Part shown: piece by piece, positions 1 to 8,830 of the stretch
How positions within the stretch are numbered: position 1 is the stretch's first letter
How the letters are laid out: each line of letters begins with the position of its first letter
Source: Endomicrobiales bacterium
Lineage (GTDB): Bacteria; Elusimicrobiota; Endomicrobiia; Endomicrobiales; JALOBY01
Direction of reading: 5' to 3'
DNA length: 64,000 nt
Assembly (NCBI GenBank): GCA_963796955.1
Contig: CAWCNJ010000005.1
Location: forward strand, 1-64,000
Position numbers and translations under genes: made by a program
The notes under the pieces: generated by a model
The model's database searches: none
Told to the model about the DNA's origin: nothing
The model's input: the letters and a program-made list of their open reading frames with translations, nothing else

Positions 1-166
1 GTCTTCCTGTTCCAGTACCTTTGCCGCAAGAACCCCAGCTATCCGTTGAAGCACGGAGATGTTTGTAACTATAGGGTTCCATCCTGCGATCATATCCACC
101 ATGCTCTCTTTATCCATTGCATACCGCGCACCAGCGTTGCGCGCACCGCCTGCCATTGTTCGGGGC

Positions 167-1500
167 TCATTTCAGGGGTGCGGTGACCATCAATAAACTT
201 ACGGAAGGGCTCGCTCTCAACATTATCACTGATACCGCCTTCAAGGGCCGCAAGCGTCTCGTTTTCGCCTGGAAACCGCGGCCTGAACGGCTTCTTCCGG
301 CTGCGCCCACGAATTGCGCAGCAGGTTGATAACAACTGAATCCTGGCGAACACTGTAGCCTTTCGGCATGGAAAGACCCAGGATATGTTCGACAAATCCA
401 AAACTGTCTAGGCGAAGCGAGGCCGCTTTGATCTCTTCTACACCGGACATTTCCGAACTGTGTGCCTGCGGCGGGATTTGGCTTGGCCAACTCACCTTCG
501 AAGAAGAAAGTCGTCTGCCGTTTACCTTCCTTCTCCCAGAGAAGGGCCTGCGCGTAAGCAAATTTTACGAAACCAGCGGGTGAGAAGCCAGCTTTGTTTA
601 CCATATATCTAAGCCGAACCGTTTTAAGCGACAGCCACTCGAGCAGCAGCGGCATATCGCCCTGACGTCTTATCTGGCGCAATGTGTCGCGCACTTCCTG
701 GTAACCCGGATCGCCCGGCGCAAGGGCGTCGGCCATTTGAAGAACCGCTTCCTCTGGCGTACCGTTAAAATCGCCGAGCCGCGTGATGGCATCATGCAGC
801 TGCATACGCTTTTTCGGGTCAACAATGCGTCCCAGAAAACCGTAATAGAGGCGCGCCAGCGGCCAGTACCGCTGCAGTTTGCGCAATTCCTGAATGCTGC
901 CGAGGTCGGAAATGTAGAGGAAATCACTGATATCCGCATCAGCCAGCGTGCCCCTGCCGCGAGAACCGTAATACAGGAAGGCGCGCATGGCGGCGATCTT
1001 AAAATAACGGTTAATGTTTATAAGGAAACGGTTATCAATAATACAGGTATCATTGCGCACCGCTATGCTCAAGCCCTTCTCTTCAAGGTAGCTCTGAAGG
1101 TCGCCAAGGCTCGTCATGCCGGCGATACGGACGATGTCATCTTCTTTTACCAGCTCGCCCAGGCACTGCCGGCTGAGCGGTCCGATGCTGCGCGACGACG
1201 TGAAATTAATGTTCGTTACTTTGCCGCCGGACAGGCGGTGTATCTGGTTGAACAGGTCGAGCATGACCACGATCTCATCCACCGGCAAGCTGGCAAAGAC
1301 GTTCTTTCCGTATTCCGTTATCATGGTATTGACGAAAGATTTGAACTGAGCGAAAGCGGCGGGATCGGCTGCCTGGCGGGCCTGCATGATACTGGTGAGC
1401 GTCTCATGGCGCGCGATATCGACTATACCGTCTTTACTGCTGCAGAAAGATTTCAGGCGGTAATCAAAGAAGTTGGCGTCGAAGGCGTCCAGGGATCAAA
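167..1500 (-). CDS. Third fragment of the giant protein; continues by further frameshifts off the left edge
   Basis: 406-aa ORF 167..1387 whose frame is open upstream (LDAFDANFFDYRLKSF). Co-directional with the 667-aa ORF, with no promoter gap. The C-terminus degenerates near 400, where another frame (90..401) takes over. Confidence 0.55.
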
Positions 1501-1580
1501 GCTGCATCAGTCCCGCCAGGAACGCGCCTTGCTCTCGGTAAACAAACTACCATCACGGTAGGCAAGGATATCGGCGGCGG

Positions 1581-3584
1581 TTAACACCATAAGTAGTTCC
1601 TGCAGCATCTGCCGCTCTTCGGGATCGTCGAATTGCTGAGCGCGTCACGAATAGTTTTGCCCACCCGCTCGCCAAGGCCGATGCCGCCGAACTCGGCATG
1701 GTAGCGAATAATGAAGGAAGCCCATTTCTGCTGGCGCTGATCATGAATGCCGAAAGCCTTAAAGACAGCCGGCACCAACAGCGAGCCGCGCAGGGTATGA
1801 TCGCCGTAATCGTACATATCTCCTACGTCGTGGAAGAAGGTTATCATGTTGATAAGCGCCATAGGGTCGGCGATACCGGTTTTTTTCATATACTCTTTCG
1901 TGTGTTGTAATGCATTGCAGAACTGAGAGAACTCGCCGTTTTCCTCGATCACTTCCTTGCCGGCGCGCAGCCGCTCGAAGGAGGCATAATCACGACGGTC
2001 GAACTGGTCCATGAAAACATTCAACAGGATGCAATGATCCAGGATGCTGGAACCGTTATATTTTTCGCGCGACAGCGGCTGCAGGTAGGACATCGAGGCG
2101 GCCAGCTCGCCCGTGCGATTCATAGCCTGAAGCCGGGCGGCAACATCCGGCGCCTGGAAGTCTTCTTTCAGGCGGGCAAACAGCGCAGGCTCGGTCGTTA
2201 AAGGCGGCAATTGCTCTCGTGCCTGTTCCGGCATTTCGCGGGTGCGAAGGCGGTCGGTAATTTCCGACAAACTGCCGTCGGCGATATAGGGCAGCATGCG
2301 CAGGTCGCGGTGCCCGGTGGTAACGGCAAGCACCATTTCAACGTCTTCCTTTTTCATATGAAGCTTTTGCAGCAGCGGCAACAGTATTTCTGCGGCGTCT
2401 TCCTCATCGTTACCCAACAGGATGCGCGCATAGTCGGCCAGAATGTTACAAAGGAACAATACTTTCAGTATGTCCGGGTCCTGGCGGTCCTGGTTCAGCG
2501 CGGCATACTTGCGCCACATTTGCGCCACCAGCTGCGGGTTCAGATCGGGAGTGCCCTGAACCCGGCGGCTGTTAAGATAGTCATAGACTTGTTTTTCCGA
2601 TAGAAACCCATTCGAGCCGGAAGAAAGATAGCTGAGCATTTTGCAGGATTCTTTCAGTTGATCATAACGGCTATTGCCGGCCCAGAAGGCGTCGCCGGAA
2701 TCGACAAAGAAGTCCAGATCAGGCAAGTTCGTATATTGCTGCGCCCAGCCTAGAAACTCTTCTATTGGCGGATTGGGCGAGGCCCACATCGTTTGAAATG
2801 CCGTAACACCCTTTTGCGGCATCGCGGCGACACTGTTCCTCAGCGCCTCCAACAATCCTCTGCGGATCTCCAGGTGCTCGTCTCCGTGGATAAGGTATTG
2901 GGTATACGATTGAATGGACTCATCGTAGCGCACGCAGCGCAGCGCGTGGAAATAACAGGTCACGGCATCACGATGCCGCCCCGCCAGCGTGTTCTTCTTT
3001 GCTTCCTTCACCAGCGCATTGCGCAGCTCATCCAGCGAGATCTTTTCAACACCCAACTGTGTACTTATAACGTCTAACTCCTTGCGGATGTTGCCGCGCA
3101 CGATGTTGTCAGTTCCTCTTTTCTCGATGATCTGCTGCCTTAGATCCCTGCGCTGTTCCAGGTTACGCCCAAGGATAATATCCACAAAAGCATCCACCGG
3201 GGAGGTATAGCCGATAGGCTCCAACGGTGCGACAACAGGCTTATCCGCATTTTGTGCTATTTCGGCAATTTCAGGATCATCATTACGCAACCTCAGATAT
3301 GATCTTATAAATGCGTTGTCATCAAATGTTAATGAAACGGGTATTTCTCTCTCCAGAAGTTTTTCGTATATTTTGAATAATTTATCAGTTTTAGTCTCGT
3401 TAGAATATCTGGACTGATATAAACAGAACCTTACTGCATCACCCTGTATCGGTAATCTCAGCTCGGCATAATTTTCAACGAACTCAATGCTGTTACCGCC
3501 GAATTTGGCGTATCCATCTACATCGAGGAACGTTTCTCTCTGTTCCTGTTCGCTGCTTTGTGCAATGCGCCTATGCCTGACCAA
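1581..3584 (-). CDS. Second fragment of the giant protein, containing a GlnD/CCA-type HD domain
   Basis: 667-aa ORF overlapping the 1048-aa ORF. Motifs SILDHC, FFHDVGD, DHTLRG, IIRYH; VLTAADILA follows in a shifted frame at ~1560-1600. Confidence 0.6.
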   Translation of the reverse strand: MVRHRRIAQSSEQEQRETFLDVDGYAKFGGNSIEFVENYAELRLPIQGDAVRFCLYQSRYSNETKTDKLFKIYEKLLEREIPVSLTFDDNAFIRSYLRLRNDDPEIAEIAQNADKPVVAPLEPIGYTSPVDAFVDIILGRNLEQRRDLRQQIIEKRGTDNIVRGNIRKELDVISTQLGVEKISLDELRNALVKEAKKNTLAGRHRDAVTCYFHALRCVRYDESIQSYTQYLIHGDEHLEIRRGLLEALRNSVAAMPQKGVTAFQTMWASPNPPIEEFLGWAQQYTNLPDLDFFVDSGDAFWAGNSRYDQLKESCKMLSYLSSGSNGFLSEKQVYDYLNSRRVQGTPDLNPQLVAQMWRKYAALNQDRQDPDILKVLFLCNILADYARILLGNDEEDAAEILLPLLQKLHMKKEDVEMVLAVTTGHRDLRMLPYIADGSLSEITDRLRTREMPEQAREQLPPLTTEPALFARLKEDFQAPDVAARLQAMNRTGELAASMSYLQPLSREKYNGSSILDHCILLNVFMDQFDRRDYASFERLRAGKEVIEENGEFSQFCNALQHTKEYMKKTGIADPMALINMITFFHDVGDMYDYGDHTLRGSLLVPAVFKAFGIHDQRQQKWASFIIRYHAEFGGIGLGERVGKTIRDALSNSTIPKSGRCCRNYLWC

Positions 3585-6500
3585 AGTTTTTTTCTTGCAC
3601 CAAGTTTTTTTTCGGCATTTTCATCCGAATAACTTTGATTTATCATCCACAAGCTGCCATATCTGGACTTATGGTGCTGCAGCCATTCCAAGTCAGGTAT
3701 GACTACTTCAGGATCATTGTCCACTATCTGAACTGCAACTGATATAACGTCCAAAAACAGCCTCATATTCACTTTATCTTTTGCAATACCCGGAATAACG
3801 TTATTTTTTGCGATCATTTTGAGCAGCTGTTGTTTCCTCTGTGCATATTCCTCGGATTCCTTCCATGTTTTGTAGATTTCGTCTTTCTGCCGTTGTTCCG
3901 CTTGCTTCATTCGTTCAATGGTTTGAGCAGTTGAATTATCACTCAGCCCTTGTCTGATAATCTCGATCAACTCATCCAATGAAAATTCGGTAAACTTAAG
4001 GTGGTCATCTGCGACAGTACCGTCTTCCAATAATGTTACGACCGACCGGCCATTAACAACTATTGCAAATGCTATACCCATAGGGCTATTAGGCCGCGTG
4101 GATTCATAAATAGATATAACGCTGCCATTATGAACGGCAATATTGTTATAAGACCGGTCGCCCCAGTTCTCCTCAAACTTAGCGTTCCGCAGTAGTTCCC
4201 TAACGACCTGATACGGGTTACCAGCTGTGCCATGCGAACCACTATCCGTAGTCAGCGCATCGGGGAGCAGACCGTTTTGGATTTTGTCTCTGTTTGATTC
4301 GGCTTTATCGGTGTTATGGGTGCGGTGCATTTCTATTAGTTTTGCCCTGTTCGTCACTTCGCCGTTGAGGTTGAAACAATAGTTTGCCATTTTATCCATT
4401 ATGGCGATGCGTGCGGGGGTGGGGCCGCCTTCGTGGGCGTTCATGAAGGCATCGTATTTGGGATGCTCGCCGGAGGAGGGGTGCAATATAAAGTCTGCTA
4501 TCGCTTCGGCAAGGCGTTCTGTTTCCCATTGCCAGGAAAGTTCCATGGATACGTGGACATAAACAGCGGCATAGCCCGCCTTGCTGGTGGTGGCTATCGC
4601 GTTCAGCGCCGGGTTTTCCCTGCAGGCGCGCTCCATTGAGGTTTCGGTGGCGGAGATATACGCACCGGCAGTTCCCTGCGCCCAGCCCGTAGAATTTGCT
4701 TTATCCAGGGCCAGCTTGCCTTTATCATCAACGGTGAACGTTACAGTTTTGTTCAGGGTTTTAAATAACAGCGTTATCTTTTTGCCGTCAGCGCTTTTCT
4801 CTACGGCAACATCATCCGGCATGGTGCCTGCTTCTTTGCCAAGCAGGTCTATGAATATTTGAGGCGTCATGCCTTTTTCTTCAAGCGCTATTTTTGCGAT
4901 CACGTATAAATGTTCGGGCTGGGTTAATGCGGGCGACAAGGCGGAGGTTTCAAGGTCTTTCAGCGTAAGCTTATTAGCCATCAGGCGCTCGTACAAACCG
5001 CCGTCGGTTTTTTTGCTTACGTTCGGGGTAATGGTTATATAGGAAATACCCTGTTCTTTAAGGGCTTTGGCGGTCTCTGTGTGGAAGCCGCCGGTTACGA
5101 CGGCGTCTATTTCGGTGAATTCGGAGAGATGCTTAATGACCTCTGCGTACTCGTTAATTGCGGAAAACGCCCTAACTCCCCTAACGCCAACTCCCCTCTC
5201 ATCCCCTCTTGAACGCAAGAGGGGAAGGACTTCCATTGTCTCCCCTCTTGTTGGTAAAGAGGGGCAGGGGGAGTTCTTCATAAGTTCGTTTACAAATACA
5301 TCATTTCTCTGCAAATTCACATCGTAATATGCATAAAGCTCCTTGTTTTCAAGAAGCGCGCGGACCGCGGCGGTCTTTTCTTCGCCGTAGTACTTCATCA
5401 GGTCTATTTTGTATTCTTCGGCGTGTTCTTTAAAATATGCGTAGTCGGCAGGCGTCATGCCAAGATTCACAAAGCCCTTAAGCATATCCGTCATGGCCTG
5501 CATAAATACCATTTCATGGTCAATAAGCGTCTGTGCGCTGTCGCTCAACACTTCCTGTTTGAAACGTGCTTCTTCTTCTACCAACGCGACAGGGTTTATC
5601 GAATAATTGAGCCTTACGTATTCCAGGAAGTTTGCCACATTGCCGTATTTCTCTAACAGGTCAGGTGCATATACCTGGGCGGTTTGTTGAAGGTTCAAGT
5701 AAAACTCGCCGTCCCTGGCTTCATCGTTCAGCTTGTCGGCAATCGAGCGATATACGCCGTATGGCAGCTTCGCCTGCATTGTTTTAAGAAAAACCTGCAG
5801 ATCTCGCGGCAGACGCTTGAATCTAATATGTGTATTTAATTTTGTAACCTCTATTTGGCGCTGTAGATTGGGATAGCGGTACAGGGATACCCTTGTCTTT
5901 TCGGCTAGCTTTGCAAACTTGTCGTATTTGTCATTACTTTTTTCGTAATTTTTAATTTTATAATCTTCAATTTTTAACCGACTGGAGGAATAAAGGCCCA
6001 TGGTCTGCTGCAGCATGGCATTAAGTTCACTGCACACCATGGACGAGCTGGACTTGCTGGACAACAGCCTGGACATACGGCTTGAATTCTCTTTGTACAG
6101 GTTCCACTGCTCAAGGCCAAAAAGATTATCTTTGTTGTTCTTTGCCCCGTAGTATACCGCGCCGCTCAGCAAGCCTTCGCTTAACAGAGACTCAATGGTT
6201 TTTTCTTTTATTGCAGGGTTGTTAATGCCGGTAAACAGCGAGAGATCAGCCTTGCCGGCGGGAGCCCCTTCCACGAATATCTTTTTTAAGCCGTATTTTG
6301 TGTCGAAGAAGGATAGGATGTCGTTAATGTTTCGTTGCACCTCGGGATTGCAATGCAGGTCTTGAATAAAAATGACCAGACGGTCATTTTTAGTCCGAAG
6401 ACCGGAGACCGGAGACCGGAGTAACTGACCCTGTCCGTTAGCTGTTCGCTCCGGACTGACGTAGCAGCCATCGCTGATACGTCCTTTGTTGGCCGGCAAA

Positions 6501-6658
6501 ACAAATTTATCCAGCTGCTCCGCAAGCTCGGCTGAGGCTTTGGACTCGCTTTGCATGGTGGTAATGCCGTACAGCGGCTCAAAAACCACGAATGAATATA
6601 GGAATGCGGCCAGTACTATCCGGGCGACCGTTTTGATAACAGTATTGTTATTAAGCAA
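3518..6658 (-). CDS. N-terminal fragment of a giant secreted/membrane-anchored protein
   Basis: 1048-aa ORF with a hydrophobic N-terminus (IVLAAFLYSFVVF) and motifs IQDLHCNPEVQ, IFVEGA, RN, VTGGFHT. Likely start is TTG 6658, with AAGGGG at 6665-6670. Confidence 0.7.
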   Translation of the reverse strand: MLNNNTVIKTVARIVLAAFLYSFVVFEPLYGITTMQSESKASAELAEQLDKFVLPANKGRISDGCYVSPERTANGQGQLLRSPVSGLRTKNDRLVIFIQDLHCNPEVQRNINDILSFFDTKYGLKKIFVEGAPAGKADLSLFTGINNPAIKEKTIESLLSEGLLSGAVYYGAKNNKDNLFGLEQWNLYKENSSRMSRLLSSKSSSSMVCSELNAMLQQTMGLYSSSRLKIEDYKIKNYEKSNDKYDKFAKLAEKTRVSLYRYPNLQRQIEVTKLNTHIRFKRLPRDLQVFLKTMQAKLPYGVYRSIADKLNDEARDGEFYLNLQQTAQVYAPDLLEKYGNVANFLEYVRLNYSINPVALVEEEARFKQEVLSDSAQTLIDHEMVFMQAMTDMLKGFVNLGMTPADYAYFKEHAEEYKIDLMKYYGEEKTAAVRALLENKELYAYYDVNLQRNDVFVNELMKNSPCPSLPTRGETMEVLPLLRSRGDERGVGVRGVRAFSAINEYAEVIKHLSEFTEIDAVVTGGFHTETAKALKEQGISYITITPNVSKKTDGGLYERLMANKLTLKDLETSALSPALTQPEHLYVIAKIALEEKGMTPQIFIDLLGKEAGTMPDDVAVEKSADGKKITLLFKTLNKTVTFTVDDKGKLALDKANSTGWAQGTAGAYISATETSMERACRENPALNAIATTSKAGYAAVYVHVSMELSWQWETERLAEAIADFILHPSSGEHPKYDAFMNAHEGGPTPARIAIMDKMANYCFNLNGEVTNRAKLIEMHRTHNTDKAESNRDKIQNGLLPDALTTDSGSHGTAGNPYQVVRELLRNAKFEENWGDRSYNNIAVHNGSVISIYESTRPNSPMGIAFAIVVNGRSVVTLLEDGTVADDHLKFTEFSLDELIEIIRQGLSDNSTAQTIERMKQAEQRQKDEIYKTWKESEEYAQRKQQLLKMIAKNNVIPGIAKDKVNMRLFLDVISVAVQIVDNDPEVVIPDLEWLQHHKSRYGSLWMINQSYSDENAEKKLGARKKLWSGIGALHKAANRNREKRSSM
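5189..5275. repeat. In-frame double-hairpin palindromic element inside the giant gene
   Basis: Outer aactcccc/ggggagtt arms enclose tcccctcttg/caagagggga and cccctctt/aagagggg; 87 nt = 29 codons. Confidence 0.75.
6392..6457. repeat. In-frame heptamer tandem repeat insert inside the giant gene
   Basis: agtccga(agaccgg)x3 ... ccggact; 66 nt; encodes SPERTANGQGQLLRSPVSGLRT. Confidence 0.65.
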
Positions 6659-7187
6659 GGTCAACCCCTTGGGAAAGAAAATCTCCGTTAACCCTGAGAC
6701 GGATCAACGGAGATATCGTGAACAAACAATAATTACCTGCCGCGAAGGCGCAAATACCTTCCCGGGCTCGCGAGAATAAATGTCGGATGCGGCATATCAC
6801 CATGCCTTCCGGGTGGTTCCGTATCAGCAGCAGAACAATATAGGTGACTAGTAGAGCAATAACACCTGCGCCCGTGCTAATAGGCGTATCCGATTTCACC
6901 AGCTCGGGTGTGGGTGATACGATAAGGCTGGTTTCCAGGGGCTGTTGGCGGCTGTCATTTTTGGCAGGCGCGACAGGTGCTGTGGTATCGGCCATGTGTT
7001 TGGAAACATTAAGGAGTGTTTTAACGGGGTTCAGCTGGTCGCGCAGGCTGTGGTCTACCAGCGAAACCGCGGCTATAAAATTCACAGCCGTGCCGCCCAG
7101 GTCCACAACGTCAAAAGACGCCAGGGCCGAGGCAAGCCGCACAAATTGAAGACAAATAATGCCCACAAGCAGTGCTCGTTTAAGCAT
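6651..7187 (-). CDS. Hypothetical exported/membrane protein, candidate leader of the giant gene
   Basis: 178 aa; signal-like N-terminus MLKRALLVGIICLQFVRLASA and TM segment GVIALLVTYIVLLLI; AAGGA RBS; stop overlaps the giant-gene start. Confidence 0.7.
   Translation of the reverse strand: MLKRALLVGIICLQFVRLASALASFDVVDLGGTAVNFIAAVSLVDHSLRDQLNPVKTLLNVSKHMADTTAPVAPAKNDSRQQPLETSLIVSPTPELVKSDTPISTGAGVIALLVTYIVLLLIRNHPEGMVICRIRHLFSRAREGICAFAAGNYCLFTISPLIRLRVNGDFLSQGVDLA
6674..6714 (-). terminator. Intrinsic terminator-like hairpin inside the 3' end of the leader ORF, just upstream of the giant gene RBS
   Basis: Minus strand ATCTCCGTTGATCC-GTCTCA-GGGTTAACGGAGAT-TTTCTTT: 14-bp stem (2 G-U) plus a U-rich tail. 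Confidence 0.7.
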
Positions 7188-7222
7188 ACGTTCCTTTCGC
7201 GCGTTAATGATAACCGTACTCT

Positions 7223-7276
7223 ATTGTACTATCGCCTTGTGAAGCTTATCAGGAACAATTGTGAAATATTTGTGAA
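7223..7276 (-). promoter_or_regulatory. Putative OmpR/PhoB-type activated promoter
   Basis: TTCACA direct repeats at 7271-76, 7260-65 and 7238-43 (11-bp phasing), 9 nt upstream of a TACAAT -10 (7223-28); no canonical -35. Confidence 0.55.
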
Positions 7277-7288
7277 ATGCGAACAGGG

Positions 7289-8716
7289 TCACTGCTCAAC
7301 AATAATATTGTATTCCGACCATTCCACCTCGGGACCGCTTTGAACCTCTATTTTTTCGTGGGCGGCCTGCTGCAGGCGGCCGATGCGTTCTTTAAAGTAG
7401 GTCGCCACAACGGGGTTAAGGCGCAGGCGCACTTTGCCGGCGTGATGGGCCAGCTTCATCTGCTGCAGTTCCTGAACCACCTGAATGAACAATGATTCGG
7501 CTGAAACCACCTGGCCGGTGCCGCCGCATTCGTGGCAGGCCTGGCTCATCAGTTTTGAAAAGCTTTCCCTGCGGCGCTCCCTGGTCATCTCTATCAGACC
7601 GAGCTTGGTTATGGGCCAGATCTTGATCTTGGCCTTGTCGCCCTTGCAGGCGGCGCTCAGGGCTTCCAGCACTTTCTGGCGATTCTTGGCGTGCTTCATA
7701 TCGATGAAATCTATGACGATAATGCCGCCGATGCTGCGAAGGCGCAGTTGACGCGCTATGGATTTTGCGGCTTCAAGGTTGTTTATGGTAACTGTTTCTT
7801 CCTGGCTTTTGTTACCGGTAAAACGGCCTGTGTTAACATCTATAGCGCACAGGGATTCGGCTTCCTGGATAATAAGCGATCCCCCGGACGGCAGGTCTAC
7901 GCGGCTGGCATACAGCTTATTGAGCTCCTCATCGATCTTAAAGGCTTTAAAGATGTGCGTTCGGCCGGAGTAATGCTGAACCTTTTCGATGTATTCCGGG
8001 GAAACTATTTTAACGAACTCTTTCACCTCTTTAAATTCCGCGAAATTATCTATCAGCATGATCTCAACTTCTTCATTGAGATAATCGCGTACCGTCTGGA
8101 AAACCACGCCCAGGTCACGGTGCAGCAGCGCGGGCGGCTTAACTTTTTCGGCGTTTTCCTTAATTGATTGCCACATGCGCTCAAGGTACTTCATCTCGCG
8201 CTTAAGTTCCACATCCGTTGCCTCTTCGGCCTCGGTGCGCACAATAAAGCCGCCATGCTCGGGGCGGTGGGCGTCGATTATCTTTTTCAAGCGGTCGCGT
8301 TCCGCGCGCTCTTCAATATTCTTTGAGATGCCGATATGATCGTTGAAAGGCATATACACCAGCAGCCGTCCCGGCAGAGAGACATCCATAGTGGTTTTCG
8401 CGCCCTTGGTGCTGATGGGCTCTTTGTCTATCTGGACTATAATGTCCTGATTCTTGGCGATCATCTTTTCAATCTTGCGTTCGTGACCTTCGCTCATCAC
8501 GTCATCGACGAACAGATAGGCGTTCTTTTCCAGGCCGATATTGACGAAGGAACTGGATATTCCCGGCAGCACCGCGTTGACTTTGCCCTTATAAATATTG
8601 CCCACGATCTTCTCGGACTCGCGACGTTCGATGAACAAGTCCATCAGCACGCCGTCTTCCAAAATAGCGACCCTGGTCTCTTCGTTAGTACGATTTACTA
8701 TTATCTCTTTCTTCAT
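7289..8716 (-). CDS. rng: Ribonuclease G/E family
   Basis: S1 domain GNIYKGKV; AIDVNTG and GGIIVIDFIDM motifs; CxxC. Confidence 0.95.
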   Translation of the reverse strand: MKKEIIVNRTNEETRVAILEDGVLMDLFIERRESEKIVGNIYKGKVNAVLPGISSSFVNIGLEKNAYLFVDDVMSEGHERKIEKMIAKNQDIIVQIDKEPISTKGAKTTMDVSLPGRLLVYMPFNDHIGISKNIEERAERDRLKKIIDAHRPEHGGFIVRTEAEEATDVELKREMKYLERMWQSIKENAEKVKPPALLHRDLGVVFQTVRDYLNEEVEIMLIDNFAEFKEVKEFVKIVSPEYIEKVQHYSGRTHIFKAFKIDEELNKLYASRVDLPSGGSLIIQEAESLCAIDVNTGRFTGNKSQEETVTINNLEAAKSIARQLRLRSIGGIIVIDFIDMKHAKNRQKVLEALSAACKGDKAKIKIWPITKLGLIEMTRERRRESFSKLMSQACHECGGTGQVVSAESLFIQVVQELQQMKLAHHAGKVRLRLNPVVATYFKERIGRLQQAAHEKIEVQSGPEVEWSEYNIIVEQ

Positions 8717-8748
8717 GTAAAACCCCTTGCATCAAAATTTATTAACAT

Positions 8749-8820
8749 CACGGACTAAGCGGACTTCACGGACGATACGGACGTGCGTCCACACAGTCCA
8801 CCTGGTCTATACTGTTGTCC
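8749..8820. repeat. Inverted pair of 9-nt tandem arrays
   Basis: cacggacta-agcggactt-cacggacga-tacggacgt, then gtccacaca-gtccacctg-gtctatact. Confidence 0.65.
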
Positions 8821-8830
8821 AGGCCATGTT

